Below, piece by piece: positions 36,575 through 47,190 of a DNA stretch of 64,000 bases. Under the pieces are notes generated by a model. It did not search any database and was not told the DNA's origin. It saw only the letters and a list, made by a program, of their open reading frames with translations. The stretch spans positions 6,410,234 through 6,474,233 of the forward strand of contig OZ316894.1 in the NCBI GenBank assembly GCA_973895155.1, written 5' to 3'. A program made the position numbers and the translations under genes. The DNA is from Marsupella aquatica (taxonomy: Eukaryota; Plantae; Marchantiophyta). Numbering within the stretch: the first letter of the stretch is position 1; each line of letters opens with the position of its first letter.

Positions 36575-39500
36575 ATGGATCCAATGGTGACATCAAAGCG
36601 GAAAAGAGACTCCTCTAAATTGGTTGCTCAAAAGAAAGCCAAGACTATCTAGTGATGCCCACGCAGACATCCATTCTTGCTTATCGAGGAAAATCTATCA
36701 GGGAGAGAACAACGGAGACAAGGACACTCCATCTCTTTCACTTGACAAAGATAACCAAACTTGGAATAATTGTTCAGAATGGGAGTCTCCGTCTTGTGGT
36801 TGCAAAAAATGAGAAGGCTACAATTTTGGAGAATTCAAAAATTCTTGGGTGCTTCTTTGAGAAGAACTTGAGTGTTCAAGAGTGTACTGAGGGATTGGTT
36901 CTGTTAGTTAGCGATGATAACCAAGATGACAACATAAGCATATGTTTGGATCGCACACAATATGTGACCTTCAATCAGAGGAGAATTGATGATCTTCTAG
37001 GTGCTAGGCACACCTTGGAAAAGGTTACTAGTGTGGGATTCCCCTCCAATCCACGGGGATCAACTGGTGATTTGATTTGTCAATATATTATTGACGTCCT
37101 TGAGTTCAAGAGAATTCCTTTTAAGAAGGAATTTTGCTTGGGAAAGCCCATTCCAGTGATCAAGGCTGAAACATACACGACGGAGAATCTTCCGAAAGTT
37201 ATCACCGCACAGAATGTCGGTGCTCTGTTCGATAGTTTCCTCAAGGAATATAGTGCTGTGAACATATTTAACAGCAAGTCCTTTTTAATTGAGACTTTGC
37301 GTTGTCATCTCACACCGGATCACATCAAATGCCAAGAGTGGAATCAGGATTACACTGAGAGGCTGAAGAATTCACTCCTCTCTCATTCGGCTATAAAGTT
37401 TGAGAAGAGATGCTACTTCTTAGTCCCTGTAAAGTGGGTTCAGTCCGAAGCCGACAAAATTGCCGACTACAATGGAACGGCCTACGAATCGGCGCCAACA
37501 GAGGAGGACATTAAGAGCAGTCATTTTTGGATACTCGAAGGCCAGCACACAATAATGGCCTATAAATTGCTGAAAGACGACGCTAATGTCAGCCAAGATG
37601 TTCGAGATGCATGCGGGACAATAGAAGCTATCATGTTTTGGGCAACGCTCAATAACGAGAATAATATCCATTTGATGGGACTGTCGAGGGCCCTAAACCA
37701 CTATCATCAAACATCCATGGAAGAGGGGCAATTTCTAACCATCGTCAGACAGTGTCGTAATATCTGGAACTCATTTGGTCGGCCTGGATCACATTCTCAT
37801 CATCCTAATTGGAAGGTATGGACCAAACCCTTGTCGATTATATTCTTACAGATTTATGCATTACATTGTCTTACAGATATATGCATTACATTTTCTTACA
37901 GATTTATGAAGTTAATTTTGTCATGCAACTGGGCGCGTCAATCTTAGAATTGTTATGCTCCTTTGTTATCTCATTTTCCAGGTATTTATGACGGCTACAA
38001 GTTTAGTCTGCCCATGGGTGCAAATGGGCAAAAACGAGGTAATGAAATTTGGAGAGTTGGCTCCGTTCCTCTTTACCATGGAGGACGAAACATTCAAGAA
38101 GTGGATGGAAGTTTATGAACTTTCAAGGAAAGGAGAGCTTGTTATATACAATGGAATTTTGTAGAAGCAGATCCTCAAGGTTGCGGAGAATCCAAATGCT
38201 TTTCATCTTCTTAAGAAGTCATTCCGTTCTTGTCAAGGGTGCTCGGACAAAGTTCTTCGAAAGGCAGCGGAATACATGTTGAGTGGGAAATTGTCTATTC
38301 TCAAAAACAGAAGCATCAAAGCGAAATCCGCGAAGGCTATGAAGTCCTCTGAAGCCCTAGTGGTGTCAACAACCGGTAAGAGTTTGGAGGAATTCTATGT
38401 AGAGAAGAAGACAAAAGTTGAGTTTGAGATTCTTTTGTTGAGTAAACTCAATAGGGATACAGGCACCCGGGCCGAGCTGAAAAGTCTTACCGACGCCGCC
38501 CAGAAATTGTGGGTCCAAGGAATGATTGATCGCTTTAAGCTCAACAAGATGGTACTGAAGCAGTTGAGAGATGCGCTGAGTGATTATCTGAAGAAGTGCT
38601 TAAATGTACATATTAGTAATGATAATTTGTCGAAAGAGATCGACCCGATATTCCACAGGTTAGTAGAAGGAATACAGAAATCGATTGATAGTCAAGGAAA
38701 CCAACTAGTGCGGCCGGTCGGTGAGAGGCTGAAATTGTGATCCCTACAGGATATACAAAAGGCGGAGTTTGCAGATTGTATCATACGTGAAGACAAGAAC
38801 CTTGCGAGCTTGATTTATTTTGATTCCTCATCAATGGGAGAGATGCGTCCATCAAATTGCGCATTCTATGAGGGGTTATTCCGTGCTACTAGCGAAATAG
38901 GGGCCAAAACACACCATGTGGTTATTATTGTGGCCACTCCCATTGAGTCTTATTTAATCAAATGGGAATTAGTGAAATACACATAGTACATTGCTGTGGA
39001 TAGCAAATATATTCAGAAGCGGCAAAAGGAAAGGAAGCTTATTGTAACATACGCCTTTCAAAGTTTGGCCTTCAGCACAATGGGCGACTCGGATGTCCTT
39101 GAGCTCCAATTGTTGTCCAAATATCAGATTGAGAAAATAACTGATTTTGAAGAGAGTGGCGAGATATCGACGACTTTGCCAGAAAAGATGCCTCCATTCT
39201 TTGAAAGTATTGTTAGTCAATTCGTCCAATCTGGGGAATGGGCTATATGCTTCGGCAAAGGAAAGAATTTGATCTAGTGCCTAATGGTAAGTTCTTAGAT
39301 TTACATTGTGGGGTTTAGCTTTTCAGATGATTTGGATTTCAAACTATCAATTTATATTGGCCGAACTAATTTCTGTTTCTTATTTTACAGGATGCTGGAT
39401 CCAATGTAAAATATTACTGCCCCATAACAACGCACGGGGAATTGTCTTGTTTCTTACGGGCTAGTATAGAAAAATGTATAGATAAACTAATGAAGTACCG

Positions 39501-41544
39501 TCCATCCGTATCTACTCTCAAGGCTGATGTTTTGGAAGTCCTCCAAGAACAACATATTCCTGATCATATTTGTTATCAATTATTGCAAGACTATAATTCC
39601 CTCTCGGAAGATTCAGATAGAATGTACATTCGGCCAACAGAGTACCCTTGTGGGCCAATCCAAGGTAAATTTCTATCAAACCCTACAATTGCTTCTTCTG
39701 CATAACAAAACATTGTCGAGCTTCACGCGAACATGCGCGTGAACATTGTTTTTACTGTGTATTATATTTATTTATATATTTTATTTTTGTCAGATGAAGT
39801 CCACAGTGGCTTTACTGGTGAGGACGAAGTGAACGACGGGCATGGGGACGTCAATGACGACCAAGATTCGGAGTGGATGACTGAGCCGCAGAACGATGTC
39901 GATGATGATGACCAAATCAAAGAAGAGAGTGACGATGAGGAAGCGGATGAAATTGATGAAAATCAGCAAGTTGATAAATTTGACGAGGGGACTGACGAGG
40001 ATATAGCAGGGTCCGACGAAGACATGGAGGTTGCGGATGATGAGGCCAGACAAGAGGAGGCGGCCCGGCTAGAAGCGGTGAGACAAGAGGAGGCCCGAGA
40101 AGAAACGCTTAGACTAGAAGCGTCCCGACAAGAGACTCAAAAGGTGGAAGCCAAGAAGCAAAAGGCGGCAGCTCAAAAGGCAGCTTCCGCAAAGAGGAAG
40201 TCAAGAGCTTAAGCGGAGAGAGTTGAGACAGCCAGACTTCAAGCAGAGGCATTGGCAGAGGCAGCGAGAGTCCAGGCTGTGGCAGAAGCAGAGAGAGAAG
40301 TGGCCGATAGGGTGGATGAGGATAGGAGGCAGGGCCAGACAAGAGAGGAGGCCGAGAGCGAGGAGGAGGAACCGACAGGACAGGAGGCCAAGAGCGGGGA
40401 GAAGGAACCGACAAGACAAGAGGCTGAGAGTAGGGAGGAGGAACCGACAAGACAGGAGGTCGAGAGCGAGGAGGAGGAACCCACAAGAAAGGAGGCCGAG
40501 AGCAAGGAGGAGGAGAGAGAAGAGTCGCAGAAGATGAAGGCAGAGAGGGAGGAGGCGGAGAGGGCGGAAGCGGAGAAGACGGAAGCGGAGAGGGCGGAAG
40601 CAGAGAGGGCGGAAGCAGAGAGGGCGCAGGCCAAGAGCAAGGAGGCGGCAAGGATGGAGGCCAAAAAGAAGGAGGCCGAAAAGAAGGAGGCCAAAAAGAA
40701 GAAGGCGGCCGAGAAGAAGAAGGAGGCCAAAAAGAAGAAGGCGGTCAAAAAGAAGAAGGCGGCCGAAAAGAAAAATGAGGCCGAGAAGACAAAGGAGGCT
40801 GAGAAAAAGGAGGCCGAGAAGAAGGAGGCCGAGAAGAAAGAGCAGGCTGAGAAGAAAGAGGCTGAGAAGGAGGCTGAGAAGAAAGAGCAGGCTGAGAAGG
40901 AGGCCGAGAAGAAGGAGTAGGCTGAGAAGGAGGCCGAGAAGAAGCAGGCCGAGAAGAAGGAGTAGGCCGAGAAGAAGGAGGCGGAGAAGGAGGCGGAGAA
41001 GAAGGAGCAGGCAGAGAAGGAGCAGGCCGAGAAGAAGGAGGCCGACAAGGCCAGGGACCTTTCGCTTATTCCTGAGGCAAACCGATTACCTAAAATAAAG
41101 CTCAATTTGAGGAAGCCTTCATCGCCGTCCGCTGGAATTAAGAAGAAAATATTAGACTATTTTCTGCGTCCGGACTTTGAGTTTGACGATCCACCATTAG
41201 GTATAGTCTCCTTGGAGGATTGGAATAAATATTCACCCGAGCTGCTACGTGTCCAGGCAGTTTTGGCTATGCATTACTGGAAGGGTGTTCTGATTACAGA
41301 GGAGACAAGTACAAGTCAATCGAGACTAGAGACGATTACCAATAATGTACGATTTTCTGAGAATCGAGTGGAAGAACTGGGAACGGAGTTGGCTCCCGAA
41401 TCGGCTCAAATTGTGAAGAGACTAAAGTTTGACTTCACGCAAACGGGTTCGTGGTCTCGGCCACGATATAACCCAGAGACTACACACTCGGAAGGCCTCA
41501 TTCACAATTGGAGGACCCAAAAGGAACGTCACACTCAAAAGTGA
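36575..41544 (+). pseudogene. Multi-exon gene: ParB-like domain, decayed amino-MTase-like domain, acidic region and E/K/A-rich repeat tail
   Basis: FWILEGQHTIMA is ParB/DGQHR-like. EKMPPFFESIVSQFVQSGEWAICFG aligns with QKPRALLDWEVSHFSQVGDWVLDIC of the MTase at 1-1488. Several stops and frameshifts. Confidence 0.6.
40040..41050 (+). repeat. Coding tandem repeats (RQEAESEEEEPT, EAERA, EAEKKE)
   Basis: GAGGCCGAGAAGAAG-type units; CAG>TAG stops at 40918 and 40963. Confidence 0.85.
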
Positions 41545-42123
41545 CCATAGTTTATTATGCTTTAGGATATCATTTGTAGGGTGTAATGAGATGATATAGA
41601 AAATTTGATGTACTATACTTAATAAATATCCTATAGGTTGGTAACATTCATTAAACTATCTAGCATTTGAAACTTTGAAGATTTCCTTATATGTCCTTCA
41701 AAGATTGATAAAATGACTTGTCACTCAACGAGTCACATCATTTCAGGACTCAAAAGGACTCTAAAAAATGCATTTTAGACAATGAAATTTTACCAAAGCA
41801 TGCATACTAATAGAATAATTCTATATTTCAAAACTCAAATACTGACACACACTAAACCTTTATGTACAGGACAAAAATAATCAGTAATTTTGGCTTATTT
41901 GGGGCCAACAATAATAGGATCACTTAAAACAGTGAAAAACTTGATTTATTTACATGGTGAGGTAGGTTACACCATGTAAAATAATCTTGTGAAAATATTA
42001 GAGTTAAATGTCTTCAGATAAAATCATGGTGAAGCTTTTTTCACGTTACAAAAGTCATTTTTCACTAAAAAAACATGTTTTTGAGTCCTGAAAGTGGTTC
42101 TTGTGAGGTACACCCAATTGTGA

Positions 42124-43350
42124 ATGAGGCCGGAAGCCCAACCAAAGACTGGCGAAGCGGATATTGCGGAACCTGATTTGTCAGACTCACAGATGGTCGA
42201 ATATCTAAATAAACTACCACAACCATTCGAAGGTCTTCCCGCCTCATCTCTCCAACCTTCACAAACCGGTCCGGTGGATCGATCACTACGCTCCCGGGGA
42301 GCTCCTAGCGATGTAGCTGCGAAGGAGGCACCCAAGAAATCCGGTGCAAAAAGGCCGGATCCACCCAATCCAAAGGTCATTCGCAAGCTATAAGTTGAAA
42401 GGATTTTGTTTCTAGTCTAGCAGCCAGTATTTTCTTTGTTGTTAGGGTTTTGGACCTATCATTATATTTTATTATTGATTTATTGTTGTTTCTGTTTACT
42501 CGTAGGCTACAACCTTAGTACGTTATTTGAAGGCGTATTGAATTCTCTGTTTTTTTGCAGTTTTTTGAAAATTTGGGTAGTCGAATAGATCAATGCCTCG
42601 ATCCTTCTAGGGATATGGAAGAGGTATTGACCAAGTTTTTACACCACTCGATCAAGAGGAAACATATGATGTGTCTGAGACCACGCGAGTGGCTTACCGA
42701 TGATATAATTAATGCTTATTTGAGCTTTCTTGAGCTGATTCTCAATAGAGTTGGAAAATCAGAGGTTGTAAAATTCTTCGAAACACACCATTTTGAGCTT
42801 CTCTCCATGGATCCTACCGTTTTCGATGAGGACCGAGCATCTTGGACAGCTAACTTTCCGTTAAGAATCAGTCAATACGACAAACTAGTCTTTCCAGTTC
42901 ACATTGTTGGGCAAGAACATTGGTCATTGGCAGTTGTCTATCCAAAGGAGAAACGATTCGAGTACCTGGATTCTCTAGTTCAAAATCGACAAAATCCTAA
43001 GGTGCTCGATGTCGTTGGGCAGTATTACGTCGATAAAATTCTATGGAGAAATGGAGTCAAGGTGGATATATCAGGTTGGGAATGGATATATCGGAATGAT
43101 ATTCCACACCAAAGTGACGGGTACAGTTGTGGTGTTTTTACGTTGAAATACGCCAAGTGTTTGTGCCAAGGCAGCGAAATTAGTTTCTCCGCTACAGACA
43201 TTGAGAAATTCCGTAGGGAAGTTGTCTTGTTGTTATATGACATGGACTTCCAAAAGCCGGTGTCCAGAGACAACCATGGTACCCATACGTGCTGCTATGA
43301 TTGATATTGCTGGCGGAATTCAATTGCTGAACGACCATCTTCTTGGGCAG
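42124..43350 (+). CDS. Ulp1-family (C48) SUMO/Ubl protease, spliced
   Basis: LRPREWLTDDIINAYL, PVH...EHWSL, YLDSL, HQSDGYSCGVF: the His-Asp-Cys triad and oxyanion Gln are all present. Confidence 0.92.
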
Positions 43351-43511
43351 GTAATATACTTCATTTCAGTCTCTCTTTATAGTCACGTGACCGTTCGCGT
43401 TATAAAACTTATTTTTCATTTTCTAATGTTTTACAGAAACCTAGCCCAAAACCCCCTGATCAAGTAAAGAAGGCACCAGTAAAGAAGGCACTAGTAAAGA
43501 AGGCACCAATC

Positions 43512-44376
43512 TTGAAGTCCGCTGATTTTCCGGAGGCGGGAAAGACCTTGGTAGAACTGGCTCCAAATCCTTCGGCACAGAAATCACAGGTACAGACGAC
43601 GCCTAATCCATCGGCGCAGAGGCCACTGGTACAGAAAGGTCCGGTAATTCAAATGAAGAGACTTGTAATTTTTGACCTGAATCGGGTACTTATCTGGTCA
43701 GAGCAAAGCAGCCCTAGGATGCCCATTCGATCAAGGAGTGTCAAACACATGCACAAGGTTTTCTATCCAAGGCCTGATTTAATGACATTTCTTGTGAAGG
43801 TGTCAAAACTTTACGACATTGCCATCTGGTCGTGTATGTTGAAACAAAATATTCTATCATGTGTAAGGCTGATTCTCCGACCCGAGGTTTTGAGCCGTAT
43901 TAAATTTATCTGGGGACAAGAATCAACACGACCTATTGGTAGGAGTAATAATGACATTCCCCTATTTGTCAAATGTCTCTCCGACATTGCCGTCGATATT
44001 AAGGATTACGACAAGGAGAATGTGATTATTATGGATGACGCTGCTTATAAGATGAGCTTAAATAGCTTCTTCTCGTCTATGTATCCCGACGCGTATTTTG
44101 GGCTGGAAGATGACACACATTTTCAAAAAAAACTATATCCGTATCTGTGCGATATATTCAATCCGAAGTTGAAATTCCATGAGCGACTTCAGGGATATGG
44201 TATTCCAAATTTTTCTTGAGACAATCTTCAGAAGGATTATATTGATAAGGCGAATCTTTGGAGGAAAAATGTGACCATTCGTACTCAGGGTAATCCTGAC
44301 CATTTATGAGAGTTTGACGATTTCATGAGAAGATTATCAAATAGTAAAGACCGTGAAATGGAAGCCAAAGAAAAGT
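43512..44376 (+). CDS. FCP1/NIF HAD phosphatase-like domain 1
   Basis: LVIFDLNRVL, PRPDL..FL, IAIWS, FIWGQ, FVK.L, VIIMDDAAYK. Stop at 44217-44219 is possibly premature. Confidence 0.8.
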
Positions 44377-44624
44377 AAACATTTATTTATTTATAATTAT
44401 TATTTATACTTTTGACTTTGTGTGTTGTGCGTGACGCGCCCGGTCGCGTCGCTGTGTGGATTTTGTCATTTATTTATATTGTTATGTGAGTATCGTGTCG
44501 GGTGGCGTGGTTGAATTGATTGCATAATATGAGAATTGAACTATGGATACAATAGTCACGTGACCGTGCGCGTGTAAACGTTCGTCTTTTACTTATATTT
44601 TTAAAATTTGTGTGTTATGTTTAG

Positions 44625-45370
44625 GGGTACGTTAATATGAGAATCGAATGGTTGATTTATAGGAGACTAAGTGGAGTAGATCGCGTCAACTTCTAGTTTT
44701 AGGAGTGGAAAACTTTCTATGCTATATTAAGAAATATACTCCTGAGCTCAAGTGGACTACGGCAATTCGTATCGGATCTCTATGTGTCGTTCCGAGGCCA
44801 TATCTTCATGATTTTCTAAAATTCTGTTATGATAATTTTGATGTGATGGTTTGGTCTACCCTCGAGGATAAACTGGTTTATCAAATACTTTCAGAAATGT
44901 TTTTGATCACGGACCTGTCGCAGCTGAGATATGTTTTCACCCAGGATCATTGTTGGCATCTTGGTTATGTGAAGAAATGTTATAAGAGAGTTGTCTTCAA
45001 ATCTGTGGACAGACTACGTGATATGTTTCAAGATTATCGACCAGAGAATATAATCCAGATTGATGCCCGTCCATCCCATACATGCCAGATAGGTGTATGT
45101 GGATTGTTGTTTACAAAGACGTTTCAAGGATCCTTGGATGATGTCTTTTTGAGGGATACTCTCATTCCACATTTACGGAAGCTATCAGATTCCGGGCTTT
45201 GTCTTGCGTTCGCTAACAAGTTGGATTATCCTATCTGGTCGATTAGAAATCTACATCTAGATTGGACTTTGAACGAGGATATATGGGAATATCTGTACGT
45301 GCAGAGACATGCTGATCAAGTTCTTATGAAGTACTTCAACAGACGTCACTTATCAAAGGCCAGAGTGTAG
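44625..45370 (+). CDS. FCP1/NIF-like domain 2 (catalytic motif lost)
   Basis: LLVLGVENFL, PRPYLHDFL, FDVMVWS, YVFTQDHC, VFKS, NIIQID. Confidence 0.75.
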
Positions 45371-45462
45371 AGGATATGTTATTTGTCTGTAAATCCGTGA
45401 CGCGACTATTCGCGTGGCAACATCCATACGGGCTCATTTATCTTGTATTGTGTTTCTCTACA

Positions 45463-46160
45463 GGAGATACATTGTAGCAGAGAAACTCAACTCATAGTTT
45501 TAGATGTGGAGCATCTACTCTGTTACACTGCACCGCATTCCCGACTGATGGCGGTCTCAACTGGAATTCGTATTGGGAATGTATACGTTTTTCCAAGGCC
45601 TTATCTTCACGAATTCGTGAGATTCTATTTTGAGAATTTTGACGTAGGGATCTGGTCATCTCTTAAGAAGAACCTTTTAGATCAGATTTTAGCATCTATT
45701 TTTACTGCGATGGAAATGGCCTCATTTAAGTATATTTGGGATGAGTCTCATTGTTACTTATGCGATGGGGCGACCTCAAATAAGCGGATATTTTTGAAGT
45801 GTTTTGATAAAGTTGAAAGTTATACGAAGGCGTATCTGCAGAAAAATATAATGCTTATCGAATCCGATGCATTTCATGCTTGTTTAGATCGATCCTGTTT
45901 TTGGATCATTATTTCCGCCCAAATATTATGGGTCGGTCGACGACTATTTCCTGATTAACGTGTTGATTCCGTATCTTAGCAAGCTCGCAAAATCTTCTGA
46001 GCCGCTTCTCGTTGCCAATGGAAGAGGTTATCCTAATTGGTCAGTTAAATCTCTTTTTAGAGATTATGATTATAATCATACTATATGGGAAGACCCTTTG
46101 ATTCAGAGGCATGGAGATAGATATCTAGTATCTGAGCAGTTTAACAGACGCCCAATTTAG
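45463..46160 (+). pseudogene. FCP1/NIF-like domain 3 (frameshifted)
   Basis: LIVLDVEHLL, PRPYLHEFV, FDVGIWSS, YIWDESHC, FLK; paralog of domain 2 with a frameshift near 45900. Confidence 0.72.
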
Positions 46161-46519
46161 GACACTTCCGAAATAATATTCGGCAGGAGTTCAGATTAAT
46201 TGGTATTGTCGTGCTAGAAACTATTTGTAATCTCCCTAAATGGGTTATCATATATAAAGGATCTTAGAGATTTATTTCTCTAGTTTTATTATTCGTTGTC
46301 TGTTGGTCCCGTCAAGTTGGATTGCGTCAAATCTTAGTGTTGTTAAAATGTGATGTTGCAGTCATTTTCAGGATATCACGCACAGCGACATGTCGCCCCC
46401 TTTTCTTATCATTTTTTAAGCGTGGTAATCGGAAGCGTTGACAGGCAATTGCTGTCATATTAAAATAATAATATTTAGGTATTTTCGGAATTTCCAAAGT
46501 TTGGTTTTCCTTAAATTGG

Positions 46520-46700
46520 GGTTTAATGCTCTGCCGCTCTTATGGTTTGATATTCCTTGACACTCGTCTAGAACCACCCTGTACCATTGTATTTGCTCCA
46601 GCAAGGAGGCAATATCTCTTTCGTTTTCTTGGGTTTTGGCTCCACAAGAATAAGAGTGGCGTAAGTTGTAATTATAACATCGTATATATGATTTCAAGTG
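46520..46700 (-). pseudogene. SNF2-family (RAD5/RAD16-like) helicase fragment
   Basis: SLLEQIQWYRVVLDECQGISN matches the W.R++LDE..I.N Walker-B context. Confidence 0.6.
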
Positions 46701-46996
46701 CTTTGACTCCATACATCTATTCGATGCGTGAAATATTAGCACTTTTACATTTGCCTTTGCAGTAGTTTTAGTGGTAATCTCATATTTCCACTGAGTCAAA
46801 ACACCTCCAAGACAAACAATAAGGGTCTAGGACCTGCTTCTGGGTGGTCGACGGGGCCACAATGTGATTATCATCCGCAAGTGAAGGAAACATTCAAGCA
46901 GCCTGGGAAAGTAGCCGAAGGGGCCCGGAGAGCCCGAAGATGAGTTATAGCAAAAAAACCCCACCCAGGGCCGGGATCACCCGGCCTAGTCCCAGA

Positions 46997-47190
46997 TTGG
47001 ATGAAATGGTCAAGTACAATAAGTGATTTAAATAGAATTATTAAATTTATTACAATGTGATATTATAATGTACTATGGATAACAATAAGTCCATGAGTTG
47101 GATGAAATGGTCAAGTACAATAAGTGATTTAAATAAAATCATTAAATATATCATAATATAATACTATAATGTACTATGGATAACAATAAG
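46997..47190. repeat. ~100-bp direct duplication
   Basis: TTGGATGAAATGGTCAAGTACAATAAG...GGATAACAATAAG occurs twice. Confidence 0.8.

Noticed and set aside
40109-41105. Pro-rich, Ser/Phe-rich and Arg-rich ORFs
   Set aside because: Alternative frames and the antisense strand of the E/K-rich coding repeat.
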